A stretch of 63,799 bases of DNA, counting the filler, from Octopus bimaculoides (taxonomy: Eukaryota): assembly GCF_001194135.2 (NCBI RefSeq). It is 5 parts of 4 records of this genome, joined end to end, with 100 filler letters (N's around TTAATTAATTAA, not from the genome) between each part and the next. Parts side by side here need not be neighbours in the genome. Positions count along the whole stretch, not along the records: positions 42,406 to 61,547 come from NC_068987.1; positions 61,648 to 63,799 come from NC_068987.1; 3 more parts are not named here. One strand, 5' to 3'. Shown piece after piece: positions 51,284-63,799 of this stretch. The position numbers were made by a program, and so were the translations under genes. The notes under the pieces were generated by a model. The model did not search any database and was not told the DNA's origin. It saw only the letters and a program-made list of their open reading frames with translations. The number at the start of each line of letters is the position of its first letter. The stretch's first letter is position 1.

Positions 51284-51584
51284 TGATATTTTAATATTGA
51301 CAGTATATTAATGAGTTGGGATGATTTAATGCCAACGGGAAAATAAAATAGACAAAGAGGTTTATGCATAATTTATATATAATTAAAAGGTGACGCCGGT
51401 CATGATATTGTAATTACTTTGTAATGATACGTTGGATTTTAAATACAATTATATCGCTTGTCTTTATACGATGTGAATTAACGGTGTTTTGAAGGGGAAT
51501 GAAAATAAGGGCATGAATATCCTTTATATGAACGCATTGCTGATTTGTTTAATGAAATTAATAAAGTAAAATTCTTTCTAATTT

Positions 51585-51780
51585 TGGCACAAAACTAGTA
51601 ATTTTGAAGGAGGTGCTCGTTGATTACATCTCCCCAAGTATTCAACTGGTACTTATTTTATCGATCCTAAAATGACGAAAGTCAACATCGGCCTCGGTGA
51701 CATTTGAACTCATGATGTAACGCCGGAAGAAATGCCGCTAAGATTTTTTGTTGGGCATGGTAACGATTCTGCCATCTTCA
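51585..51780 (-). mobile_element. Diverged SINE family B
   Basis: ACTGGTACTTATTTTATCGATCC and TTTGAACTC motifs. Similar copies lie at ~39650-39795 and ~63095-63330. Confidence 0.65.
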
Positions 51781-52745
51781 AAATAATACATAAAAGGAAG
51801 TTGGAATATAATGGATACAAGATTAACAATTAAAAGTAGAAAAATTCAAATTAAAAAATAGAATGAAAAGTGAATATGTTGAAGCATTCAAGATATACTG
51901 TTAGGAAAATGAGTCCCTTATTGGATATATTATGGGTTTATAGCGTTTAAAGATTGATTTTTAAAAAGTGTGGGTGTTATTACATTTTTATCAAATAGAA
52001 TTTAATAATTTCCGTTACGCAAATATTTCATGGCATTTTGTTCCCGTTTTATTTTTCATCTTATGTTGCGATGCTTGTTTGTCGTATAATTTGAAAATAT
52101 ATGGGGAAATGAAGTGTCGTTACCTCTATTAAAATTACGTAATATATGCGTATATATGGCTCTTTATTCGACAATGTCAGGTTGTAATTAAAATCATTCG
52201 TCTATAAATCTAGTTTGAATATTTCTTGCACAAAATTAAGAGCCATATTTGGTCAGGCGTAAAATTAGACAACAAGTCACCAGCATATATCCGACGTTAA
52301 AATCTTAAAAATCTCTCACACCCTTCCTAAAAAAAATCAAATTAAACGTGAATGCAATCCTAAAGAAAAAGTGTTACGTATCACTATTTGTTATTCAAAG
52401 GTACCGACATTTTCCACCTAGTATTTGAATACTATTGTTCAAATAAAATTAGGTGAGGATAGAATTACAGATACCTATGTGCGTGCCTATAATCTATGAA
52501 TACACACACTCGTATAGTGACTAAGCCCAGTAGCATACTAGCGCTTGAAGGTCGCAAGAAACATAGAAAGACACATGTATGTATATATATTGTAGTACTA
52601 AGGTCATGTTTCGTTTTATTGTTTATATATACACACACACAGACACATACAACACATACACACACATATAAATATTCAAATGTGTGTATAAGTCTATATG
52701 TATATATCCCTACGTATGTATCTATACGAATATACATGTATACGT

Positions 52746-52814
<69 letters not shown>

Positions 52815-53467
52815 TACGCATATACATACAATTCTATTCTAACGCTGAGATATTTAAAGAAAAAATTATCTAAAGAAAATATCTTATAATTGAAAATATT
52901 TTTCACTTCCATAGGAAGAGTAATATAGAAGTCTAAGAAGGAACCGCAACAAAACAACACAAGTAGCAACAACAAAAGTTCCAAAGTATATGACAACCGC
53001 GACATGAAAAAAAAAAGAAAAAAAAAGAAAAGAACAGACAGAAGAATTACAATGAATCTAAGTGAAGCGATACCGACAGTAAGACAGAGTATGACAAGAA
53101 CATGAGAGAAAACAACAATGAAAAAAAAAAAAAAGCTCTAAAATACTAACCATGACAACAAGAAGAATAACAACAAGAACAAGGACAATAAAAAGAGCAT
53201 CGACAATATTATGTACAGCAGTAACACCTGCGCCCTCGACTCGGGTTTCCAGGACTACTGTACCAATATTTCTGAAGACAACAGCTGTAATATAACACCT
53301 GTCCAATATCGATCAAAACTGATGTCCTAAGTACACTGAAGGAAATGGAAGAAGAGGGAAAATATATAAATAACATGACAACTACCACTGCAGCAGTAGC
53401 AGCAGTAGCAGCAGTAAACTACTACTACTACTACTAGTAGTAGTAGTAGTAGTAGTACTACTACTAC

Positions 53468-53499
<32 letters not shown>

Positions 53500-53814
53500 A
53501 TGATAATCATAATAGTTTCGTGATGCAGTCAACAGAAGGTAATAAATGAATCTTTGATAAAGTCTCTTGGATTCTTTGATCTTTATCTTCCTGTAGCTTT
53601 TCTCTATTTTCTCAGTTTCTATTCTGATATTTTTCTTTCATTATTTGGGTTTCTTAATTTCTTTTTATGTTACAAAAAAAATTAATGTTTCTCTCAATTT
53701 TTTCTTGATTTTCTATTTTAGTTAATTTATATTTCAATTACTATGTTGATCTTGACTATTCTTTCTCATCGTCCTCTCACTCTCTCCATCTAAAATTCTC
53801 AGCATTGACATTGC

Positions 53815-53895
<81 letters not shown>

Positions 53896-53909
53896 TACTA
53901 CTACTACTA

Positions 53910-54118
53910 GGACGGCGAGCAGGCAGAATCGTTAACACGCCGGGCGAAATGCATTGCGGTATTTCGTCTTCGTCTACTTACTGAGTTCAAATTCCGCCGA
54001 GGTCGACTTTGCCTTTCATCCTTTCGGAGTCGATTAAATAAGTACCAATTACACACTGGGGTCGATGTAATCGACTTAATCCACTCCCCCAAGCTGCCGT
54101 TGTGGTAAAAATTTTAAT
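53910..54118 (+). mobile_element. SINE family B, near full length, directly after (TTA)n(CTA)n at 53816-53909
   Basis: GGACGGCGAGCAGGCAGAATCG...GAGTTCAAATTCCGCCGAGGTCGAC...GGGGTCGATGTAATCGAC. Confidence 0.88.
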
Positions 54119-54139
54119 CATTATTATTATAATCATTAT

Positions 54140-55268
54140 ACAGCTTCTAACTCTGGATATGTACTACGGTGAGAGCTGTACACTATCAGTGAACTAAGGT
54201 AACATCTCTTAGTTTTCGAGCACCTTCCAGAGTATTCAAGCAGTTTCAAGCAGTGCTGTTTTCTGCAAGTGCTCCACTCTTATTGCAGCCCCTATTTCTG
54301 CCATGTACTTCCCAAGATTTTCACTCACTGTTCCCAGGTCTCTGACAATTACTGGTACTACTGCCACCTTTTTCATCGACCACAAATGTTTAACTGCCCA
54401 GGCTAACCTGTCATATCTAACGACTTTTCTTTCTTTCTTATTGCATACCTTGTTGTCAGCTGGGCATGCTATATTTATGATCCAGCATCATTTGCATTCT
54501 TTCTCAATTAAGACTATATCTGGTTTCTTATTCTCTATCTCAAAGTGGCACTGAATCACAAAATCCCATAGGATCTTTGCATTATCATTTTCGATGATGC
54601 CATCGAATTTATGTTCGTACCAGTTACTTGCTCTGTCAAGTCTATAGTTGTTGCAAAGTGTCCAATGGACAATCCCTGTTGTATTCTCATGACGTCTCTT
54701 ATATTCTCTCTGGGATAGTGGGGCACATTGACTGGTATTATGCCATACGGTTTCACCATTTTGTCCACAAATTCTGCACTTAACACTTTCTGATGTGTTG
54801 TCACATCTGTATTTAATGTAATTCCTTCTTAATGGTTGCTCTTGGGCAGCACAAATGACAGCCTCCGCTTCCGGTTTGAAATCACATTTAGTCATCCATC
54901 TTTTTTCTCTATCTGTCTTATCTTCAACATCCCTATGAAATTGACCATGCGTTCTTTTCTTTAATCCACCTCTTTTCAGTTTCATTCATTCTCAAGTGCT
55001 TCTATAACGCTTTATCTTTGCCATCTTCCATCCTACACCACCATGAACTTCTTACTTCCAACAATAGCGGTTCTGTGGCATTTCTTACATACCATGCTAT
55101 ATTGTTTTCTTCTGCGCTAATGCTGTGTTTGCATCCAACCAGTCCTGTTCACTCTCTTTCCTTGGTACATACAGTCTGTCTATGTTACTTTGGAGTATTC
55201 CATATCTAGTTAGCAACTTCCTTGTCTTTCTGTCTAAGCTGTTTAGTTTGTCTATTGTCCATGTGATT
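54140..55268 (-). mobile_element. R4/Dong-type LINE 3' fragment (post-RT region, CCHC knuckle, RLE)
   Basis: Minus strand LDRKTRKLLT...DRLYVPRKE, CRICGQNGETVWHNTSQC...KRRHE, ILWDF...NKKPDIVLIEKE; (AAT)-rich tail at ~54118-54140. Confidence 0.9.
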
Positions 55269-55269
55269 A

Positions 55270-55732
55270 CCCATAATCCATAGCTGGAGATGTACTACAG
55301 TGTCAGCTGTTCACTAACAGTGAACTAAAGTAACACCTCTTATTTTCCGAGCATTTTCCGCAGTATTCGAGCGGTTCCAAACAGTGCTGCATTTTTGAAG
55401 TGTCCCACCCTTATTGCAGTCCCTATTTGTTCTACGTACATCTCAAGATTTTTGCTCCCTGTTCCCAGGGCTCCGACAATTATTGATACTACAGCTACCT
55501 TTTTCATCGACCAAAACTGCTTAACTTCCCAAGCTAACCTGTCATATCTCTCAACTTTTCTTTCTTCCTTATCGCATATCTTGTTGTCAGCTGTGCATGC
55601 TATATCTATGACCCAGGATAGTTTCTTTTCTTTCTCAATTAACACTATATTCTCTATCTCATGGTCGCACTGAAGCATAAAATCCAACAGGATCTTTGCA
55701 TTTGCATTTTCGATGATGCCTTCAGGTTTGTG
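55270..55732 (-). mobile_element. Second R4/Dong-type 3' end, head-to-tail with the previous copy
   Basis: ORF DFMLQCDHEIE...VIDIAC...KVERYDRLAWEVKQ...VGALG...GTARILRKMLGK; (AAT)n lies on its 5' side at 55737-55810. Confidence 0.88.
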
Positions 55733-55735
55733 GTC

Positions 55736-55799
<64 letters not shown>

Positions 55800-57351
55800 T
55801 ATTATTATTATGTCAGCCTCTCTATCTTTCCCTTTCTCTGTCTGTCTGTCTATCTTTATTTCCTTTTCTATGTATCTTTACCTCTCATAAACGGCTCCAC
55901 TGCGCAGTGCGATCGGTCATTGAGAGTCACTCACAGTCATCCCATCGCCTTCAGAAATGAAGATAATGCCATCAGACTCTTCCTATATAGAGTCCATATT
56001 GTCAACGGGATGTATAAATTAAATATAATGCATAGACAGGTATTTTATTTTAATACTGTCCCAGTTGCGTATACCGGATTCTTATTCTACTAGGCGGCTT
56101 GTTCGAAACGTTAGTGAACGTTTTATTCACTGTTCCCAATATCAGAGTCTATGGATTCTCTATCAAGCATGTGAGTGGTTGCGAGATCGCTTCATTAAAA
56201 CGTCCCAACAGACCGAAGTGTAACTGACAGGAAGACTTATCGCGTCAAATATCTATTTTGTTTTTAACCGTAACACGTCCACAGGATAAGAACTGATCGA
56301 TTAACAGTGTATATGCATTAAATATGATACATAGATGGATGTTTTAATTTAATTCTGCATCCATTGCACTTAATATATATATATATATATANNNNNNNNN
56401 NNNNNNNNNNNNNNNNNNNNNNNNNNNNNNNNNNNNNNNNNNNNNNNNNNNNNNNNNNNNNNNNNNNNNNNNNNNNNNNNNNNNNNNNNNNNNNNNNNNN
56501 NNNNNNNNNNNNNNNNNNNNNNNNNNNNNNNNNNNNNNNNNNNNNNNNNNNNNNNNNNNNNNNNNNNNNNNNNNNNNNNNNNNNNNNNNNNNNNNNNNNN
56601 NNNNNNNNNNNNNNNNNNNNNNNNNNNNNNNNNNNNNNNNNNNNNNNNNNNNNNNNNNNNNNNNNNNNNNNNNNNNNNNNNNNNNNNNNNNNNNNNNNNN
56701 NNNNNNNNNNNNNNNNNNNNNNNNNNNNNNNNNNNNNNNNNNNNNNNNNNNNNNNNNNNNNNNNNNNNNNNNNNNNNNNNNNNNNNNNNNNNNNNNNNNN
56801 NNNNNNNNNNNNNNNNNNNNNNNNNNNNNNNNNNNNNNNNNNNNNNNNNNNNNNNNNNNNNNNNNNNNNNNNNNNNNNNNNNNNNNNNNNNNNNNNNNNN
56901 NNNNNNNNNNNNNNNNNNNNNNNNNNNNNNNNNNNNNNNNNNNNNNNNNNNNNNNNNNNNNNNNNNNNNNNNNNNNNNNNNNNNNNNNNNNNNNNNNNNN
57001 NNNNNNNNNNNNNNNNNNNNNNNNNNNNNNNNNNNNNNNNNNNNNNNNNNNNNNNNNNNNNNNNNNNNNNNNNNNNNNNNNNNNNNNNNNNNNNNNNNNN
57101 NNNNNNNNNNNNNNNNNNNNNNNNNNNNNNNNNNNNNNNNNNNNNNNNNNNNNNNNNNNNNNNNNNNNNNNNNNNNNNNNNNNNNNNNNNNNNNNNNNNN
57201 NNNNNNNNNNNNNNNNNNNNNNNNNNNNNNNNNNNNNNNNNNNNNNNNNNNNNNNNNNNNNNNNNNNNNNNNNNNNNNNNNNNNNNNNNNNNNNNNNNNN
57301 NNNNNNNNNNNNNNNNNNNNNNNNNNNNNNNNNNNNNNNNNNNNNNNNNNN

Positions 57352-57388
<37 letters not shown>

Positions 57389-58933
57389 GTGTGTATTTAT
57401 ATATACAAACATATATACAAACATATATATGTATATAAGCATACATATATATATGTATATTTATATATATATATATATAAGCGCATATGTATATGTATAT
57501 ATGTATGTATGTATCTATCTATATACATGTGTATGTATGTATAAACAGATATATATGTACGTATGTATCATATACATATGCATACATGTTTGTATGTATG
57601 TATACATGTATATATGTGTGCGTCCATATGTGTAGGTGAGTGCATTTGTGTCTTTATATGCGTTTATGAACAATCAATTATTGAAGTAACAAAAACTCCA
57701 CACACTATTATAGATACAAAATAAAAGCAATCACAAACAAAAAGAAACAAACAAAAAAGGTAACAAGAAAATAAATCTTTGGCCTGTCTTTTAACAGTAT
57801 TAACAGTTTGTAAGAATTGATTATCCAAAATGTCTTTCTGATGGAGGAACGACTGGAAAGCAAATCAACAATTGCGCAAGTTGATGTCTATTTAATGTGC
57901 TCGACTGAAAAGTTAGTGTTATTGATGGTAAATGTCAGAAATTAGATGATAAGAAAAATATATCCGAAAAATATATATAAACCATAGAATAACACAAGTT
58001 CATCGGGAGCACACTCAAAATAGCAATAGTTTACAAGTATTACTAAAGACTATCGTAGTCTTTTTTCTTTTCTAATCATTTCTGTTCCTTAGTTAAATTC
58101 AATAGATACGTGAATACGTGAAAGTTATTATTAGTAGAATGGCTTATGAAAATGAAAGAGATTACTTCAGGAAAATAATTCGGTATATTTAGTTTAGTAT
58201 CTAATTGGAAATTGGAAATTTGGCTAGGTTAGTCTATAGCACACTTTATATTTTTTAAACCGCGTTGTATTATGGAGTTTTTAAAAATTTGTTTCTGCAC
58301 GTCTCTATAGATTTTAAAGAACAGAAATGTACTTCCCATAAAAGTACACATCCTAAGTGCTTACAGCCAAATTGGATTTGATAACATGATATGCACAACC
58401 CCATTGGAAACTGAGGTTTAATATTGGATGACTCTCGATATATCATATTCATAGGGGAAAAAAATGAATCCTATCTGCAGAAATTCATCGGTAGAATAAT
58501 AATCATGTCATCGTGTTATCATATCAGTTTTTTCAATGTAGTTATATATGATATTTTGTTTAGATAGTAGCCAATAGGACACAATTGTAAATATAATAGA
58601 TAGAAGAAAAAAAGGTGATACATGTTTGTACGAACAAAACGCCAGTGCATTATATAACCATGCATTTGACGATTAGAGTATAGTCATTCAATGGTATGCT
58701 AGATGTAGATGAAAAAAGATGGACAAGCATTATGAAAACATTCTGTGTATATATTATGTGTGTGTGTGTGTGTGTGTGTTTGTATACGTGTGTATACACA
58801 TACATACAAATATACGTCAAATACGTATTCATGTCTTTTATTTTTAATTACTATAAATCTTCCACTGAGGAGGGAGCCGATTTCCAACAAAGATGCAAGG
58901 CTCCATCTTTTGGATGTAGTTACTAAGACAAAT

Positions 58934-59710
58934 TTACATTTGGAACTTGAGAAAAGTCTTGCATATTTTCACTCTTCTACTCACAGATCGCACTTGTAAT
59001 GTACGAGTCAGCCGGTCGATTGCTTTTTTCTGAAATCCCAGTTTATCCAGATTCCCCTTTAAGCATTTACTAACAAAACCTAGTGCACCAATTATTGTTG
59101 ATATGAATATGAATTCATAGTCTGGATATAGAAACTGCAGGTTTCGAAGCAGTTGTCCATAGATATCCTCTTTTTCTTCCATTTTCAAAGAGATATTTAT
59201 ATCTGCAGGGCAGCTGACCTCTATGATGGTACATACCTTTGCCCTTCTGTCCCAAACAACAATATCCAGCATATTATGTTTACATTTGACAGAGGTTTTG
59301 ATGGTAATATTCCACCAGTATACCTTGAGTTGGTGTCTATGAATGCATTCCATAACAAAAGCATTTTCTAAGTTTGAATGTCTATATATTTGGCTAGCAT
59401 TGTAAGTTGTTTTAGAAACAGCATCGTGCCGCATAAGGAGATAATACCGTGACGACATTTTGGGACAAGTGCTAATCACATGCGTGATGTCTTCCACAGT
59501 AACATGACATAGCCTACACATGCGGTTGCACCTTGGGATTACAAGAGCGTCACTGTCGCTCTTGTTCACCAGGTACTTTGTGGCAATCTCCTGTTCCTGG
59601 ATTGCAAATGCATAGCTTTCAAAATGTGATGTAGTAGTCTTGTATCCAAGACAGGCTGCGCTTCTTGTCAATTCTACTGTCTTCTTCAAGCTTCCGGGAG
59701 ACATACCCAT
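58934..59710 (-). mobile_element. RLE-class (R4/Dong-like) LINE 3' fragment of a distinct subfamily, 258-aa open frame
   Basis: CRLCHVTVEDITHVISTC...RHD zinc knuckle, KHNMLDIVVWD...IIEVSCPAD, IGALG. The catalytic PD is altered to LD. The 5' end abuts (GACA/GATA)n at 59717-59772. Confidence 0.85.
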
Positions 59711-59715
59711 GCATA

Positions 59716-59772
<57 letters not shown>

Positions 59773-60417
59773 GAACGTTTCGAGAGAGATCTAACGCTAG
59801 CAGGGTGTCCGACTAGTTGACTCATGCTTCTCGACTGCATGAGCCCGGTTTCGATCACAGTCTGTGACCCCTTTGACAAATGTTTTATATCATTGTCGTG
59901 GGTTAACCCAAGCACTGTACTTGAAACAGAGCTCATTGAAACTTTTCAAAATCCATCGGATAAATTATGCGGTTTTTTCCATTGCCTGAATTAATAGTCG
60001 GAGAGGGACGGGATAAGCTACTTGCATCAATTTGCTATAAAAGCAGGTAGTGATTTTACCTTGTGCTTATTCTTAGTGCAAGTTTTGAAGAGTGCAGGAT
60101 GTGTCACTTCAGGTGCTTGATGTAGAAAAAGATATCCCACTAGATATATTGAGATCTCCTTGGCATGTTCTGGCTAGTTATACATTGTTACACTGGCAGA
60201 GAGTAGGATAAGTTTGTGGTTGTACCGGCGAATGGGGGCTGCCTTTCTTTCATCTATTATAAACTCAACAAACACTACGGATTTCCTGACGTATACCCAC
60301 TGAAAATTATATCGTTACTGTGAATGACATCAGGTAGCTTAAAGGGTGAATGCGCTTTCATCGACATTACTAATAGACATATGCCAAAAGTCAAAGTAGT
60401 TACACACACGCGCGCGT

Positions 60418-60451
<34 letters not shown>

Positions 60452-61498
60452 ACAAACACACATACACATGCCTTTGTGCTTATCTCACCTTCTTCACTTA
60501 ACAACCGGTGTTGATTTGTTTACTCACCCGTAACATAAGTGCCAGATTAAAAAAAAAAATTCTTAGGGGATACACTCGATTTGGTCAACTAGGACCCTTC
60601 AAGCACTGCTCCTGCATAGTCGCAGCCCAATAACTAAAACAAATAAACGATAAAGGATGGATAAAAACATCTTAGGTTTGTGTGAAATATATAAATATGA
60701 AATATAATACTAAAAAAAAAAATAGTTTAAGAACTGTAGCAACATTGCAGAGATTCTAAACCTGTCTATTATGTGCAGTCTTACAGATTTAGCATCGTAT
60801 TCGTCTAAGAATTTAAAGTTTGCAGCATAGGTCCTTTCAATTTATGCATTCGTTAACTGGCAAATTATTTATAGGGAAACAAGATCACTTTGATTAAGGA
60901 GGTTATGAAAGCTAAAGGTTCTACTAGATTTCCTGTAGCCATTATCGTTATTCATTCATTACTATAATCATTACAATTTGCCGATTATTAGTAAATATAA
61001 TACGATTCAATAAGCTACTTATAATGATATTTCTCAGGTTATCTCCAGGTCAGGCTACGAAGAATAACCTCTAGCACTGTATGTGTGAATTTAAGTTAGA
61101 TGTTAATGTGAGTGACAATTCGTAGTATGTGTAACATTTTATGAATATAAATCTAACGTTTACACATGACGCCAGCAGTAACAGGTTGACAGGTTTTTCA
61201 GATCTCCTATCTTGCTATGAAATTTTAACATTATGTACATATTTCTTTTAAATTATGCTGCGACATATTGAATTTCAAGCCGTTATTGAACGATTCGGTG
61301 TAAAAGGACGTCCATACGTCTCACTCATATGGTTTGCAACAAATTATCTTGAAATCAATGACAACTCTATTAGTATACAACGAAAAACACACATACACTC
61401 ATACACAAGCGTAAACAAATAACAAATGAAGAAACAACACAGCTTATAAATTAGGAAAATATATGTCGTCTGATAAATGGTATACATACATACATACA

Positions 61499-61547
<49 letters not shown>

Positions 61548-61647
61548 NNNNNNNNNNNNNNNNNNNNNNNNNNNNNNNNNNNNNNNNNNNNTTAATTAAT
61601 TAANNNNNNNNNNNNNNNNNNNNNNNNNNNNNNNNNNNNNNNNNNNN
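61548..61647. other. Artificial scaffold-join spacer
   Basis: 44 N + TTAATTAATTAA (61592-61603) + 44 N. Confidence 0.95.
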
Positions 61648-62460
61648 TTCCTCCTCCTCTTCCTCCTCCTCTTCCTCCTCCTCTTCCTCCTCCTCTTCCT
61701 CCTCCTCTTCCTCCTCCTCTTCCTCCTCCTCTCCTCCTCCCCTTCTTCCTTCTCCTTATCTTCTTCCTTCTCCTTCTCTTCTTCCTTCTCCTTCTCTTCT
61801 TCCTTCTCCTTCTCTTCTTCCTTCTCCTCCTCTCCTCCTCCCCTTCTTCCTCCTCATTCTCTTCTTCCTCCTCCTCCTCTCCTCCTCCTCCTCTTCTTCT
61901 TCTTCTTCCTCTTCTTCTTCTTCCTCTTCCTCCTCCTCCTCTTGTCCTCTTGTCCTCCTCCTCCTCTTGTCCTCTTGTCCTCCTCCTCCTCTTGTCCTCT
62001 TGTCCTCCTCCTCCTCTTGTCCTCTTGTCCTCCTCNNNNNNNNNNNNNNNNNNNNNNNNNNNNNNNNNNNNNNNNNNNNNNNNNNNNNNNNNNNNNNNNN
62101 NNNNNNNNNNNNNNNNNNNNNNNNNNNNNNNNNNNNNNNNNNNNNNNNNNNNNNNNNNNNNNNNNNNNNNNNNNNNNNNNNNNNNNNNNNNNNNNNNNNN
62201 NNNNNNNNNNNNNNNNNNNNNNNNNNNNNNNNNNNNNNNNNNNNNNNNNNNNNNNNNNNNNNNNNNNNNNNNNNNNNNNNNNNNNNNNNNNNNNNNNNNN
62301 NNNNNNNNNNNNNNNNNNNNNNNNNNNNNNNNNNNNNNNNNNNNNNNNNNNNNNNNNNNNNNNNNNNNNNNNNNNNNNNNNNNNNNNNNNNNNNNNNNNN
62401 NNNNNNNNNNNNNNNNNNNNNNNNNNNNNNNNNNNCTCCTCCTCTCCTCCTCCTCCTCAC
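61648..62460. repeat. (TCC/TCT)n pyrimidine tract with 21-bp higher-order units, gapped
   Basis: Seen directly; TCCTCCTCCTCTTGTCCTCTT-type repeats at ~61930-62035. Confidence 0.9.
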
Positions 62461-63354
62461 CCTCTAACAACAACGTCTTACGTCTGCCTTTTCCATGCCT
62501 GTATGGATCACACGGTTTCCCAGGGGTATTATTTTGCGGCCGTCTGGATACTTTTCCTGCCGTCAATTCTCTTAGTTTCTTCTTGTGTCACGCAGGAACG
62601 CGACAAACTTGTTCTAAAACCGGATACACATACAATAAAGTCTTGTACTTTATTATAAATGCATAATGATTATCTATAACAGAAACCGTATCGAACTTCA
62701 TCTTAAAAAATTAGCACAGCTAAAACTCAAAGTCACTACAAAAGTTAGCTCTTACAATTATTTATAATCTTTCATGGTATCTTAACAGCGTCAAAACATC
62801 AAAAACAGTAGATTTCATTTAAAGAGCCAAGATATACTTCAACTCTGATTAGTTGTTGATCTGTATAAAGCTAAACTAAGATCTATACAAGAGCTCTGCT
62901 CATATGTTCTGGATTGTGTTATAGTCACACATCCACACGTATACAAATAATCACGACTGGATCGAAAAGAATGCTCTTGTATTGGCTGCCGAATACCCAT
63001 TTACTAACAAAAAATTGATCTGAATTCTGAGTCAACTGTTCATTCTGTCAATACAAATAGGTACGATTACGTATTTGATCCTATTTGGTCTTATTTGATC
63101 CTATGTTTAAAGTTAAGCCTATATGGCTTTCTACTATAGGCACAAGGTCTGAAATTGATATGAGGGAAGAACATGCTAAAAAAAACTGCCCTATTGGGGG
63201 TCTTGGAGGATTTTGAGATTGGTACTTGGGTGTTACGTATCGCGGAAAGAGATCTTGTGAGACCTTTGACGACAATGTTGCTGACCACTCTTACAGAATT
63301 AACAGCTACAAGTAAAATCGAGAGCTCTGAGAAGTGAAATGGAAATAATAACAT

Positions 63355-63422
<68 letters not shown>

Positions 63423-63460
63423 ATAATAATAATAATAATGATGATAATAATAATAATAAT

Positions 63461-63799
63461 GATGGCTGCCCAGTCCTGGCTAAGAAGGAATATATTCACA
63501 TACACGACAGAGCTGGGACCTATATACACTGGAAGCTATGCCAACACTATGGAATAACAACAGAAAAAAAGATGGTATAAACACACGCCAGAAAAGGTCA
63601 CAGAAAACGAGAAAGCAACCATACTCTGGGATATGCCAATACACACAGATAGAGAAATTAAGGGAAATAGACCAGATATAGTTATCAAAGATCATGAAGA
63701 AAAAAAATGCTTTCTAATAGATGTATCAATACCAGCAGATGACAATGTTTCCCTAAAAGAAATGGAAAAACTTTCAAAATACAAAGATCTGGAAATAGA
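63461..63799 (+). mobile_element. R4/Dong-type LINE fragment, same subfamily as 24850-25380, running off the window
   Basis: GCPVLAKKEYIHIHDRAGTYIHWKLCQHYG...KATILWDMPIHTDREIKGNRPDIVIKD (one frameshift in an A run); follows (AAT)n at ~63420-63460. Confidence 0.9.

Overview
AT-rich, microsatellite-saturated animal genomic DNA with many N gaps. The repeat make-up suggests an octopod cephalopod; that is inferred from recalled repeat families, not from a database search. Four identical 100-nt spacers (44 N + TTAATTAATTAA + 44 N) show the window is five joined scaffolds, so adjacency across 12.7, 25.5, 42.4 and 61.6 kb is not proven. The only supportable host gene is a + strand DCLK3-like doublecortin kinase, with five exons visible at 5565-12669. 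Its start exon is not identifiable, most of one exon lies in a gap, and its 3' end is cut by a spacer. The rest is retroelement and transposon debris: several tRNA-derived SINE families, R4/Dong-type RLE LINE ends at (TAA)n, fragments of CR1, Tx1/L1 and Penelope elements, a mariner fragment, a piggyBac-type MITE and Helentron-type elements. The most notable signal is a ~350-bp foldback in the first visible kinase intron. It carries two complete minimal type I hammerhead ribozyme cores, one per strand, each with a palindromic ACAGCUGU stem III. Also notable are a tRNA-headed SINE with a hammerhead-like tail, and a covarying 3' stem-loop shared by the commonest SINE and the local CR1 LINE.
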